Below are positions 12,571 through 30,545 of a DNA stretch of 64,000 nucleotides, one piece after another. The DNA is taken from the NCBI RefSeq assembly GCF_009914755.1, contig NC_060933.1. One strand, given 5' to 3'. The translations under genes were made by a program, and so were the position numbers. The notes beneath the pieces are model-generated. The model saw only the letters and a list, made by a program, of their open reading frames with translations. It searched no databases and was not told the DNA's origin. Numbering within the stretch: the first letter of the stretch is position 1; each line of letters opens with the position of its first letter. The stretch is from the human T2T-CHM13v2.0 reference genome, Homo sapiens.

Positions 12571-13688
12571 GGTTAAGAATTAAAATAAATTACAAAAAAG
12601 GAAGCCATACCAAGCTGAATAGCCTTTGCTTTTAACTGCTGTAGACTACAATACCATGCTCCTCCTACTATGGTTACTGATTCCTATCAATGTCTGGTGG
12701 TGGTAGATATACAAAGTATTTATTGCCATGCTCTTCCAAACATAAGGAAATGGCAAACAAACCAAGGAAAGTATTTTATATCGCTTTACTTATTTTTTTA
12801 AAAACTACCTATCAAATGTGAATCTTATATCTAATATTATTTGTGTTACACAATCATTGCAAAAGGGAAAAAATGTTGGCATTAAGGTTTCTTAGATAAT
12901 AAACTGACTTCATGATTACATTAATCTATACTTTAAAAAAAAAGAAATCATGAAGCTGAAAACTAGTGGAAAGAAACAAATATGATCTAGAGTTTAAATC
13001 TATGCTCAAGTGACTTTTTTGAAATGTGCTGCATGCAAGGTACTACTTCTCAGAAAATGTCCTGAATTTATAGCTATTCATGTCAATATGACACAGAAAA
13101 ATGAGATCAGATACAACCTACAATAGGCTATAAGACAGCAAAGAAGTTATTTGTGGAATTATTCTCTATAGCTACTTTATTAAACATTCAACGAATATTT
13201 ACTGCTTGTTAAATCAAATTAACAAATGTCTTTTGCATTGAGCTTAAATATAAAACAAAGCAAAATTGAACAACATTAAGATTTTAGTTATGTTTTAACA
13301 AAGACACAAAAATCAAAGTAAAACAAAAACTGAAACAGAATATAAATTTGTTGTAAAGACCATGAAATAATTTTTTTACAGTCCTTCATGAGCAGGGCTT
13401 TTAAGAGCAGATGAATAATAACAGTGTTGACATGCCATGAAATGAAACAATGTGGGGAAACATATCAACCAATCACAGGCACACAGAATTATTTAAAAAA
13501 AAATAGTTCTAACCTAGATATAAATATAAAGCCTGGAGAGAAGAAAAATGTAACTGAAGAAAAGCAGCATCTATCAGATCCCAAAGAATTGGAATTAAGA
13601 ATTAAGAAAGACCATACTGGAAAGGAATCTAAATTCTGAATATCCAAATGATTGCTTTTGTACAATCAGAGTACTAGAGGATTACATG

Positions 13689-13956
13689 TGCATGGGACAG
13701 AAAGAACAGATTTGAAAACTCCTTTAGTCTTTCTTCAGCAGTAAGCATATACTTAACTGATGATTATTAACATTAATTTTGATAGGAATAAACTCCTTTT
13801 ACCAATATTTAAGGAGCAAAGAAGAAAATGTAAAAACTAGAAAAGGAGCAGCAATTAGAGAGAACCTGTAGGGTAAAACCATGAGGCAGAAGGAAAAGAA
13901 CAAGTATGCTACAGGCAGAGTGGTTTTCATTTAGTTAGTGCTGAATGGATTGAAAT
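13689..13956 (+). repeat. Copy B of ~267-bp dispersed direct duplication
   Basis: Matches 11976-12242. Confidence 0.95.
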
Positions 13957-15569
13957 TACAGCCACCAAATGAAAATCTGGAGAACTGATTTTTCACTTTA
14001 ATAACTTGTTTAGGAAATGAAAATTAGCATCTGGAGCAGCATGACTAACCACACTAGTAATAAAAATCTTATATTTCATGTTTGTAAATTAGAAAATGAA
14101 ATGTCTTAAGCCTGAAAATGTCTGCCAGCACACAATTATTCTTAAGAAATTCTTCTACTCTTTGACTTGAATAAACCTTGAATAAACCTTGAGTCACAAC
14201 TTTCACTGACATTGGTATTAGTCATCTCCTATGGTTTTCGGGAAATAAGAGTACAGCATTTCTTAACAAAATCCTCAGCTTCAGTTCTCAAAGTGTGTTT
14301 CATTCATATACATTCGGATATACGTACACATATATGCCAACCAAGTGCTTGTCAAATCAAAATTATAATTTATGTTCTATTAAGTTTACAGTACTCATTT
14401 ATTCTGAAAGTTATTAAGCCAGGTGGACAAAAATAGACATATGGCTTCTGTGACTGGCAAAGAGCAATTTGTCCCATTATCTTAAAGAATGTTTCCCCAA
14501 CTACCTGCATCAGAATCACCTGTGATTTTAAGATGCTCCAATTCCTAGGATCAAGGCTGAATTTTTTTTAACAATTATTAGAAGGCCCAGGAAGCTGCAT
14601 AAGTGCTTTAGAGTAATTATTTCATTAAATCATCATATCACACCTATGAAGTAGGAAGCATTATACTAAATCCCCATTTTACAAATGACCTTGTTACACA
14701 ACTAAAAGATCGAGAGTACAAATCCAGATATGACTTTCATCATCCAACTAATAAACCAGTACATGATTCCGTCTTGTTCCTAATTTGGGTATAGACAGAG
14801 GACTATCTATGTTGACATGAAAAAAAAATGCTACGGTAGATGTGCTCTGTGGATGAGCTGGAAGACAAGCACCACATAAATTCTTTCTCACCTTGTATTC
14901 CTTCTTTCTACTTATGGTATATTGAAAATGAAACCAAGGACAAATGGTGAAAAATAAAAGGAGGTAATTTTAGTTCAATTTGTCCTTCTATGAATCAATC
15001 ACCTAATATCTATTAATAAAAGGAAACAATGAGAACTCACATATCAAAGGAGAAAATGTCTGCTAAAAGGCATATAGCTTGTCTATAAAATAGGTCAGTG
15101 ATTCCTATAAAATATAGTTATTTATAGACATTGTGATATTAATATCTAGATATACACATTTTCAGCTATTAAGGGTATCATGAAACTCTGATAGATTCTC
15201 TACATACTAGCTTACCTAAAGTAGGCCAATATCATATATTCTGTTCTAAAGGTGAGAAGCCTATGGAAAATATTTTCAAAATTATGGCCATATATAATCT
15301 AGGTTAAAGAAATCCTTGCCTTTATCTTACTCTTAAAGAGCTCCATTGCCTACAGGTCTTCTCCAGAACATATAAGCAACGAAAGATATGCAAAGTATGC
15401 CTACCAAAATGAAAGGACATATGGTCCTTTACCAAAGACACCCTGTAGTGCAGTAAATAAGAAAAAAGTTCAGAAAAATAGAAGATGAACAAGCAAGTGC
15501 TCAGCAGATAAAGTGAGACTATGCTATGTCTTTATGTATTTCATAATAAGAAAAATAGTTTATTATTTC

Positions 15570-15732
15570 TATGTGACAACCATTGTAATAAACAACTTAC
15601 AAACATTAACTCATTTTCTTCTCACAATAATTTTATGATATTTAAACAGTCACAAATGACAGGAAAATGTAAGAAACTATGATGGAGTAAGTGACCTGCC
15701 AAAGTCACACAGATTTAAATTTTCATAGCTGG

Positions 15733-15734
<2 letters not shown>
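15570..15734 (-). mobile_element. MIR (left part; resumes at 19328-19375 after the L1)
   Basis: aagtgacctgccaaagtcacacag...catagctggga joins tggaaatgcagct...actctgaagttca like the MIR consensus. Confidence 0.7.
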
Positions 15735-16648
<914 letters not shown>

Positions 16649-16649
16649 T

Positions 16650-19268
<2,619 letters not shown>

Positions 19269-20294
19269 GAAGAATGCACCTGGGGAGCACCCAAAGATAA
19301 ATAAATTCTACAGAAATGAAAAAAAAAATAGCTGGGATGGAAATGCAGCTTTATGAACTCTGAAGTTCACACTAAAAAGTAAAAAATGCATTGAAGTCCT
19401 TTTAAACAGAAATTGTGCTTTGGATTAGTTTGTAAGGGGTTGTACCAGTTTTGACATTAAGCATCTAGGTACAAGTGATACACTGGCCAAAAGCCACTTG
19501 TGAACATCATTTCCATCACCTTCCAGGATGGCAATAAAAGGATCAGCCATAATATTAACTCATTTTAGGAAGTCTCATAGTAGGTATTATAAGTCCTTTA
19601 CCTGGTACCTTGATACTTTTTTTCATCCCTAAGAACTTCATCATCTACCTGGTGTACAATCTTTCCTATGGTAATGTGTTCATTACTCTGGAAGAATTCA
19701 AATAGGAAAAAATCAAAAATGTAATTTAGACTCTTTTCTATACTAAAACTGTATAAGTAATAAATTTGATTTAATTATGAACTCTATATATTTCTGGTAT
19801 AAAAATTTTAGACAATTCAATTCATGACAAAGGTGTCTTTCAAAAATAAACCTAGATTATTCTACAAAAAAATGTGGTTGAAATTTTAAGGAGAAATGAC
19901 AAAGTGATTAGGATTTTAATCCTTATTTTCTTTGGGAGAAATTGGACAATGAAGTACTGTGACCATCAACCAAAAAGAGTAAGGATATTTTGGCGTTGTG
20001 TTCCTAGAAAGATATGTCCCATGACTGTCTTGAACAGACAGTAAAAGGAACACCTATTCTAATGATTTGATTGTATTTTACATTATTCTTCAAAATGAAA
20101 AACTGCACAGGTATTTTACACTAGTTTTAACCTCCAACCTTTTCAGTTTTCCATTTTGCAGGGGATAATGTAAAATACAATAAAGTCATTAGGACAGGTT
20201 TTTCCTTCACTTTCTGCTTCAAAACAATCATTCAGGGATTTTAAGCAATAAAGACCTATGACATATTCCAATGAATTGATATAGAATCTGACCC

Positions 20295-20602
20295 TGATCT
20301 CCACATAAACTCCTTTACATCTCATACTAAGCATCCATCTCTCTTAGAAAGCCCTTCTCTAGCCTGCTTGATCATATCAAATTTCCGCTTTTAAGAGCTG
20401 TTCTTACTCTGAACACCTCTCTTCTGTAATACTCACCAAAATTAAGACTTAGCATTTATGTATGTGATTATTTTATTAATGTCCAATTTTCCTACTAAAT
20501 TATAGGTTCATTATTAAATAACAAGTGCCCAGAAATCCAGAGTACCTGCTCCATAGGAAGCACTCAATATATTCAGTTAAATGAATAAACAAGTGAATGA
20601 GT
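20295..20602 (+). mobile_element. L2 3' end
   Basis: cagagtacctgctccataggaagcactcaatatattcagttaaatgaataaa terminus. Confidence 0.65.
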
Positions 20603-20951
20603 AAATGCAATAACTCGATAGAAAGAGCTCAAGTACAAGGTCAACTACACATGTTGTATTACTTGTTTTGGTTTTTATTGCTCAATTAGAAATTCACTCA
20701 CCTAATTATTTTCAAACCTAGAACACAGGTACTCCCTTTTCCATACAAAATTTATTGTAACAACATTTCATTTAAATGTGGGAATTTGTTCCTAAATCGA
20801 TCTATTTTATCATTATCATAGCTGCAGGATTCAAAATTAATATTTGGCAGCCTGGTTCACTGATGTTCCAAAAATTCCTCTTATATTCTCTAGGTTGTAG
20901 AAAGTCCCTATCTTATCTAACTCAACAGGAATCAACAAAATAGCCTATGGT

Positions 20952-20955
<4 letters not shown>

Positions 20956-20987
<32 letters not shown>
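20956..20987 (+). repeat. Pure A32 tract
   Basis: Direct count; no attached Alu or L1 body. Confidence 0.95.
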
Positions 20988-20989
<2 letters not shown>

Positions 20990-22567
20990 ATAAATTAAAC
21001 CATTGGAAATTTCTAGATGTTTGCTGTCTTAAGAAAGACAAAAATAATGATAAAATAATAGCAGCTACCATCAGCTAATTGGTTACTATGTATCACAGTC
21101 TAACCTAAGCTATGAATTCATTTATTCTTCAGAATAATCCTATGAAATAGTTATCACCTTCCTCCAATTATTCGAAAAGAAAAAAATCAAAGACCAAAGA
21201 AGTACTATATCTAAATTTGAGGGTCCACATGAATGAAAGACTGAAGCAGAACCTCTAATAGTTTTGGCCTGAATAAAGAGCAATATCAAGAAATAGCTTA
21301 GAAGATATGATTTTACTCTTAGAAGCCCTATCAAGCTAAATACTACTCTAACACTAATAAAACCTAAACTTACTCTAGCACTTAGTTTGTCCCCAATACT
21401 TTGTATACAGAGTCTACCATTTAAGTTTATGAGACAAATATAGTATTATAAGTACTATTAGATAAATGTTTATCCACTACTTATCAACAAGGAAATTGAA
21501 ACTCAATGAGGTTGTGTAATTTGCCCTATTAACATACATCTGTTAAATCTAGTTGTATCTATGATTTGCATGCTTAGCCTCTACACTACTTATTCCTGTT
21601 AGTAGTTCCAAATCCGTCTTATCATAGCTAAGTGCATTTGTGCCCGTTGGATCAACAGAGGCTTGTACTTGCTTGTTTTTCTGGAAGATATAAAGAAAGC
21701 TCAGTGGAAAAGGTGGGAAAGGATGCTATGCCTATTTCATCTCACCTCCTCATTTCCTAATTAGACCATAGGGAGAGCAGGAAAATGTGTGAGACAAAAC
21801 AATAAAGTAGACAAAAAGCAGATAATTTAGGACATGTAAGACTCTGAAGTTCCATGGTTAGAGAACATAGCTGTTGATATTCTTCTCATGAGGACCTCTT
21901 GTGAGGGATGTAAGAGTTAATTAAGAATAATAATTTAATGAGTAGAATGCATATTTCTCTTCAATTACTTATCTTAGAAATTTCTATGAAATAGAGCCCT
22001 AAATTTTTGGTATGATTGAACAATTTATTATAAGAAACATATTACTCTTTATCAAGGTTTTTTTTGGTCTTAATTAATACAGGTTGTGTGATACTGTCAA
22101 AAAAAAAATCTGGAAACCTGAGCATTAGTCTTAGTTCAGGCATTATGAGTTGGACCTGGGTAAGGCTTATCCACTCTGACCCTCAATTCCACACTTGATA
22201 ATATTAAAAAATTGGGCAAGTTCCTTATGAAAATGTTTCTACGTAAAGTCTATGATTATTTAATGTTCTTCTAGGAAAGTAAGAGAAGGTGAAAAAAATT
22301 GAAAGAATAAGCAAGGAAATATAATTTTAGTTAAATTACACTAATTCTTCTTCCTTGCAGTATTCATTAATGTATTTCCAAACATAAGTATCTTCTCAGA
22401 CACAGATAAGATATATGAGTTCATCATTTGAGCTACAACTTACAGAGTGCGCTCTATATGCTAAATCTTGTCTCAGAGGTTTCATATACCACAGTTACTA
22501 CTTTGACCACTGTTAGATTCAGCATTTACTTTGGGGAAGCTGTTAGTTGAATAATTAAGAGCAGTGA

Positions 22568-22859
<292 letters not shown>

Positions 22860-22874
22860 TAATCTTTTTAATGT

Positions 22875-23840
22875 TACATAGAGTTAAATCCTAGTTCCAC
22901 TGCTTCCCTGGTGACCTGGGTAAGTTCTACAAGACTCAGTTACTCACCTGTGGTATGGCAGTGATGATGCTTATCTTGAAGGGTTAAAATATTAAATGAG
23001 ATAAATATAGCAGAGTTCTTGAAACCAGGACTGGTACACATTAAGCCGCTAGTAAATGGAAGCTATTGATGCTGATATTGATTTATCCACATTTTCTTGG
23101 AAACTACATTATACAGTTGAAGGAAAAGAAGCTCAAAGATAGTAGGTAACTTTCCCATGAGTGTTCACAATTAGCAAGTAATGAAACTAGAATGTAAAGT
23201 TGGCTTTACTGGATTCTAAAGCCTATGAGTTTTCCCATAGACCACACTGTTTCCCAAGACTGGGACTCTCTCGCTCATAGACCTCTATACCAAATGTCTT
23301 ATCTCTTAATCTTTTAATTTTTTTCCCAGTCTTTAATTAGACTAGAATTTGCTTAAGTGTCTTCTGTTTGTAATTCATATTTATATAATGCCCAATATAG
23401 GATTTTGGCAAGGTAGGATGCTAAGGAATAGAAAAATTAGCCCTCATTCCTTGGAAAAAAAAGGAAGCTGGTACTGTCTGGGTTTATATCCCAGCTCTAG
23501 AACTTACCAGCCCTGGGATCCTGGGAATATTCTTTAACTTTTCTATAAATATATGTCCTCACTTGTAAAATAGCAAAATAATGATACCTACCTCATAAAG
23601 ATTAAGTGTATGGTTAAATGAGATAAGTTATATGCTGGCACATGTTGAGTACTCAATGAATAAAAGACCTTTTAAATATATTATCAATACTTCCATTTAT
23701 TTTTATTCTTTCTGACTTCATTTTTCATCCATATAGTAGGTGGCCTATGTCAAATGGTTGCTGTGAGGATTAGATGAGAAATGTATTTACAGTCCTTAGA
23801 AGAGTGCTGTCTCATAGTAAAGTTGAATAATGTGTTACTT
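22875..23840. mobile_element. Cluster of about four MIR fragments, both orientations
   Basis: Repeated core motifs: ttaaatgagataa, gttgctgtgaggattagatgag, atacctacctcataaag. Confidence 0.65.
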
Positions 23841-24219
23841 TTATTAATGTCATAATGAGTGCAATATTGCCTTCAAGCTCACAAAGATTGACCACACCTA
23901 GGAGCTTTTGAGTCCTCCATCTTCCTATGATCCACGCCATCTAGGTTTGGTTATCTAAGGATCTAGTGTCCAAAGCAAATACACAACTCTCTGCTCATGG
24001 CAAAACCGGTACTGCTCACTTCTTCTATCAGAGAACATACACACACTGTGGCCAAGGCTTACCCTAAAGAGTCGACTCTGAGTAAACCATAAAGGCATGA
24101 CTATAAAGGCATCCATGAGCCAGAGGACCATTCTTTACACCTTAGATACCATGCTGCACTGGCCTCTTAAGTGTCACACAAATCTTGATCTCTTCCATGC
24201 CCAGTGATTACTGTGATCA

Positions 24220-24273
24220 CACTGCAATTTTATAACATCTTCTAACTGGAATGGTGTTAGGAAATATAATTTG
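24220..24273 (+). repeat. ~55-bp dispersed direct duplication (partner ~25312-25364)
   Basis: actgcaattttataaca(t/c)cttctaactg..ggtg.taggaaatataatttg at both sites. Confidence 0.85.
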
Positions 24274-25369
24274 TTAGTTTGCTAGGTAAAATATTAGTGA
24301 AAATAATACCTACACAGACTAATTTTTTCCTTGGCAAATATATTACACTATAGATATAACTCCAAATGTGATTCTAAGATAATCCTTTTAAATCCACAGT
24401 TCTTCAGTTTAAAATGAATATAGTTGCATTTATCTGAAAAAATTATTTTGGAATACGCAATGCTCACAATATAGGAGAAAGACTCATGGAACAGTGAAAC
24501 AATTTTTTCATCAATCTAAAATCCAAGTAAAATGTTTCTATCAACAATATTAACATATGCCTTTCAGTTAAACTTAACTGATTTAAATCCTGAAATATGT
24601 GCTTCTGATATCATAGCAAATAATTTTTATAAAATGCTTTCTTCTCTACGTGTGCTAACCATCACCCTCCAAAAAACAGATCCAGGGCTTAGACAATCAA
24701 CATATTTATTATTGGAAGTAGTCTGACATGTCCTTAAAACTTAATTCTCTTCATTTTTAAAATATGATAAACATCAAAAGTATTCATAAAGCAATTATAA
24801 TAAGTACATTTTTACTGTAGGCATAAAACAGAATTAAATTCATTGGGCTTACACTATGGTGTGCTTTATTTATATTTTTAATATATCATCAACATAATAT
24901 TATTTATAGCAATATAGTATTATTATTAGATAGTATTATTATATACTAATATATCTCTTAGGACAGAGCACAGTAGTTTTGGTTGAACAATAATACATCC
25001 TTTTGTCAAGTGAACAATCATAGCAATTCAAAGTTTTTGAGGTAATTCCAACAGCTATGCAGTAGTAGTAATAGTATTATTATCTTTTAACATTCTTCCA
25101 AGCTGCTTCAAGATCTTCTCATAAATAATGATATAAACTAAAAGGCAGAACAAGGAAACGATGCACACAAAGGTCTACTCTAATATGATAGGACATTTTA
25201 AACAATTTCTTCAACCAAATAAACTCCAAAGTTTATATACTCTCATTCTCCCATCTGCTTATTTATTTCCCTAGTTTTTGAGGTCTTTGGCTTAATGATC
25301 ATTTTGATCTTACTGCAATTTTATAACACCTTCTAACTGAAAAGGTGGTAGGAAATATAATTTGGTTCC

Positions 25370-26240
25370 TAAATACAACTCAGTAAATATTTGTTTCATG
25401 AGTTAGTGAGTGAATGACAGACAGGTTTGCTTATTGGTTTTTATCTGCTTGGTCTTCTTACAAGAAGTTTCATAAGGAAACTAGTTCCATGAATGTCAAT
25501 CATTATCTGATGATTCCTATGGTGGTGCATGGAATGGTATGTAAACCCCGTGAGAAAAAGGAATTTTCTGTTTTGTTGACTGCTATATCTACATACCTAT
25601 ATCAGGTTCTAGCACATGGTGGTTCTTGATATTTGTTGAATAAATAGTTAATAACATATAATTCTCACCCTCTTTTCATACTGAAACAAAACAGAAAAGT
25701 AACAAAACCTATTATATTACACTCTAAAGATATATTAAATTATAACTTAATTATATATTACAGTGGTATTGAAATATGGGAGGTCTTTGTTTATTGAATG
25801 TATATTGTGATTGATATATAGAGAGATTCTTCTCCCATATCTTTGCTAATATAACCCCTGCTTGCATGCATCACAATGTATTTTAATGATATTCATCATT
25901 CCTGATACACATCATGCTTTTTCATTATGACATCTCATCTGTCCTCAAGTGCCATTATTCTACCACCCAACTCCATATAGTATAAAGTCCTGTTCAAATG
26001 TTCCTCTTCTCTGAAATATTCCTTCCTCAGTTCCCCTTCAGCATCAGTCTTGCAGGGTCTCCTTTTCACGAACCCTCTGAGCAACCGTCATTTAGTACTT
26101 GTCTATATCCATGTCTGTCCCTGTCATCTCTCTAAGTCTCCTAAGAGACTTCTTCTGATTCATTTGTGTATCTCAAAAGCTTAATACAGTTATTGGCACA
26201 GATCAAGTCCTAAATTACTGAAAACTGAATGAATTAATTA
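25370..26240 (+). mobile_element. L2 3'-end fragments
   Basis: ttctgttttgttgactgctatatct...atttgttgaataaat; cagttattggcacaga...ctgaatgaat. Confidence 0.55.
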
Positions 26241-27719
26241 ATTTAGCAACATATGTTCTCATAAGATGGGAGATCTTAAAAAGTATCATAAAGAAAACAT
26301 ATTTTAGTAATTATAATGAAGAAAACCAATTCTTGTTATGATTTATTTAATCCACCCAAAATAACAACCCAGAAATTTCAGGGATGGGGAGAAATGGGTA
26401 ATTATATAACATTTAATGGAATCTAAAGTCAGAATTTTAGTAAATTTATTATTTATTTATCCTTGATTTGATTACTCAATGTCACTAGATTATATATTTG
26501 CTAAGTAGGAATAATATCAACATTTTCTATTATGGTATTATATGTATCTAGGAGTAACTTACTATCCCTCTGATGCTTACTTTTCAGTAATTATTATCTT
26601 GAGATTATCTTCCACAAGAAACATCAGCTGATTATAATTCCTACATGCACAGTTATTTATATTTCTCTCCAGATTAAAAGAATATACATGAAACACAAAT
26701 TCTTCTGAGCCCAGTTAAGGTAATCATGAAAATGAAATAAGATTTTCATCTTTTCTATTTGTCCAGCCTTCTTGTTGACATTCATGATATTGGTTGAAAT
26801 TTAGACTCCTGACAATTGAAAATTGCAGTTCCAAATCTGACATCTCTTGGGAAATTATCAAAGGATTATTGTAAGGGAAAAGTAAAAGCAACAAACGAAT
26901 GCTCTCTTTTGACAGCTGAAATAGTTACTCATTTTACTTTATGCTTCTCAGTTGTGCCAATGGACCCCCATGGAAACACTGAATCTCCCCATGTTTAGAT
27001 TTATAGACATTATTTTTTAAATAAAATATTGTGAGGAATAGGAAGAGGAAGAATTCCATATGAATAGTAATATTTCAAAAAAAATTTTTTTGCTATTTTT
27101 GCTAAACATTTACAAGAGTAGAAAAACAGAATCTATTTTATTTAAACTTAAAAGTCAGATGAGTGTACAACAGCTCTCAGCCAGCACCAGTTACCAACAT
27201 GCTCCTAGGAGCCTTTTAAGATGTTATCCTAGACCTACAAATCTGGGCACCTGAGAAATGAAGCCTCCTTTGCAGTTCATGAAGTGAAGATTCTCTGCTC
27301 TCAATCACCAGGTACTTTACTGGAATTGGATAATGTCTATCTCGTCCACAGGACAGTCCAAGAAATTACTGTTCTCCCCAAATCACAGGAGAGTGTCTGT
27401 AGCAACAAAATAATTTTAACTCTAAATTCTACATTGGATTCATTCACCTTGCCCATGAGTTAAGTAACCACTTAGGTTACATAAGGTCTACAAAGTTGTA
27501 TTAGGCCCCATAGACATGACAAGTGGATTAAATACACATAATATTTTTGTTTTAGATTTTGTCTTCTATTATTAAAAGTTATAGCCATCCTTCATACACA
27601 AAACTATAAGAAAGTACTAAATCGCAACTGATTATATGTGGTCCTAAATAGATATCCTAGTTAGTCACGTGGTAGTCCAACCCTTGATGACTATAAAAAT
27701 AGTAATAATAAGCAAAATA

Positions 27720-27975
27720 AATAATAATGATGATCATACAGATGTACTGAGTACATATTACATTCCAGCCACTTTGCTAGAATCTGTGCCTTAGTTGTAT
27801 TACTTAATATAACATTCCTATAAAATAGGTACTAACGATATTTTAATTATACAGATGAGGAAACAGGCTTAGACAGACTGAGCAATATATCAAAAGCCTC
27901 GTAACTATAAAAGTTAGAGTCAGGGCACAGATCAAAGTGTGCTGGGCTCCAAAGTTTGTGTTCCTAACCACTGTT
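27720..27975 (-). mobile_element. MIR
   Basis: tacagatgaggaaacaggcttaga core; ttcctaaccactg end. Confidence 0.8.
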
Positions 27976-28679
27976 GTGTTCCAAGGACAACACAATCAAT
28001 TAATAAGATCTAAGACAAAGGCCATCGTATCCCCAAAAAAGGATATTCTACACACCAAAAAGTTTCCCAGGTACTCATAAAAAGGTTGTAGACATAAACC
28101 AATTATTGGCTGTAAAATAGGGAAAACCAAGTACAAAATGAAATTGGTTAATACTTACCTATAAAATGTAATATTATGCTCACTCATCAGGTTCAACTAA
28201 CTTAACTCATACAGTGATATATAAGCCATAATTCATATAGATTTAATGCATTTTTCCATGTATTACATGATTTAAGTACAGTCTTCAAAAGTGAAGGAGT
28301 CTTTACTTGAAAGATGTTAAAGTGTATATGTTTGTGACTCTAGAATTTTCTTAACAAAGACTGCCAACAGAGCATTTCTGTTAGCATTTAAAGTTCAAAG
28401 TGATAGGTAAGTTTTCTGTGGAGCTGACAACAAAGGGATATTTAATAGTGGCACAGGCAGATCAAAAATATCTATATAATAAGGTGTAGATTAGGATATC
28501 TTTATTAACATTTGTACATATGAACATAATTCAGTCTTTAAAAACAAACTTGAAAAAGATGTTTATTTTTATATTATTGGATATATATCATAACCTATTC
28601 TATGAAAAATAATTTTAGAAAAAAGTCATAAGATATGCCATAATTTTTACAAAAAAATCAAAATCCTGTAGGAATGATT

Positions 28680-28697
28680 AACATATATATATGATAA

Positions 28698-28730
<33 letters not shown>

Positions 28731-28775
28731 GGAGAGAGAGAGAGACAGAGAGAGGGACAGAGAGAGAGAGAGAGA
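28680..28775. repeat. (TA)n(GA)n compound microsatellite
   Basis: Direct observation. Confidence 0.9.
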
Positions 28776-30227
28776 CATGGATATTGATATCTATCTTTGT
28801 TTATAGTTTTTTATACTTATGTTTGTTTCTTTTTGGCAACAATGACAAACAAAATATATAGAAAAAAATATAGCACAATTATTCCCTGTAGAAACAACTC
28901 ATATAATTTGCATTAAAAGTAAAATATTATAATTAATTCATCATCATCACAATAATTTTTTCAAGAATTGAGTAGGGTAATTCAAAAGGCTTTACACCTG
29001 ATTAAGATGCCAACATCAAGGTAAATATATCTGATGTCCTATACTAATTTGTTTTATCAGTATTATTATTATTATATATAATAAATAACAAGATATATAT
29101 AACATTTGTAAATCATTTTGAAATTTATAAAACACTTTCCCATATACTATCCTCTCTTAACTATTCTATTTTATAATTTACTAATTTTCATACAAAATTT
29201 TAATGAAAATTTTTTCTATTTAAAATCAATTAGCCTGTCATTTCCCCACATTATATATAAGAATTAACACCTAAATAGTATCACCTAAATTATAATTAAT
29301 AAGATAATATCCCTATCCTACCTCCAAGTATCTTGATAATAGAAACTGTAGTTGTTTTGTCAAGCAATCCAGCAGCAGGCACAGAATTAAAAGGTCACCT
29401 CTGTGATTTTCATCTTTAGGTAGAATAAAGGTCTCCTGAATTTTAATAAGAACATTAATATGTGCATAAATGAGAAAGGAAGAAAATAGTGGAAATTGAA
29501 CTTTAGTTCTAAGAATAGTCAAACACAACAGGAATCTTCCCCGCCCCAGAGAACAATTTCAGTATGTTAAAATATAAAATAAGCAACATTTTTGCAAGTT
29601 ATATCCAAATTTGACAAACTTGATTTATTGACTTTTCAAATTACCTTGCTTAAGAAAAATCTGCATATTTTAACTTTAAATATATATTTGAAATCAGAAT
29701 AAATTTCTGCATTGGAAGGCCATCTATATACTCTAGTTTCTGAAGAACATGCACTACTTGATCCCTTAACATCCAGTTATCTGAGTAAGCTGACATAATG
29801 TCAAATAAAACATTTTGTCATTAAACAATGTCCTTAAAAAACAAAAAGTCTAGAAAAGTAAGTATGGGTATTGATAAAATCATTTAATTGTCTAGAGCCA
29901 AAATTATCCTTTACTCTGATTTAGAACAGAGGTGATTTAACCCTCTTTATAAATAAAAGGCATTTTATGATGATGTACAGAGTACTGCAGTATTTTATTC
30001 TAACAAGCTATCACGTTTCATTACACAAACCCTATCAAGAAGATGTTATATGGCCTTTTCTTAAGCAGCATGACATAAATTTCTAGAGTAGCAAAATGTA
30101 ATATTGGAAATAACAGCATAAACAATTCATCTAACTCATGTCTTTTATAAATGAAGAAACTGAAGCAAAGAAAAATTATGTGGGTGCTTAAATCTCACAG
30201 CTAGCATATCCAGTCCTTTTTCTATAC

Positions 30228-30545
30228 CTCTCCTGTCCAGCACAGTAGGTACCAGCTACATGTACTGTTAATTACTTGAAGTATGGTTAAGTGGAATTGA
30301 GATGTGCTGTAAGTGTAAAATATAAACTGGATTTTAGTGGCTGACTATAGAAAGTAACACAAAATATCTCTCCCAATAATTTTATTCTAATTCTATGTTG
30401 CAAGATAATATTTTGGATATGCTAGATCAAAAATATATTATTAAAATAAATTTCACTTGTTTCATTTTACCAGTTTTAAATGTGTCTACTAGACATTTTT
30501 AAATTATATTCAAGGCTCACATTATATTTCTATCTGACAGCACTG
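30228..30545. mobile_element. MER33 (hAT-Charlie)
   Basis: gagatgtgctgtaagtgtaaaata; ggctcacattatatttctatctgacagcactg end. Confidence 0.82.

Noticed and set aside
15080-15130. 10-bp inverted repeat tgtctataaa/tttatagaca
   Set aside because: Too short and AT-rich to exceed chance.
27251-27396. Minus-strand exon-like segment
   Set aside because: Good acceptor but poor donor (gtgccc) and stops in all frames.
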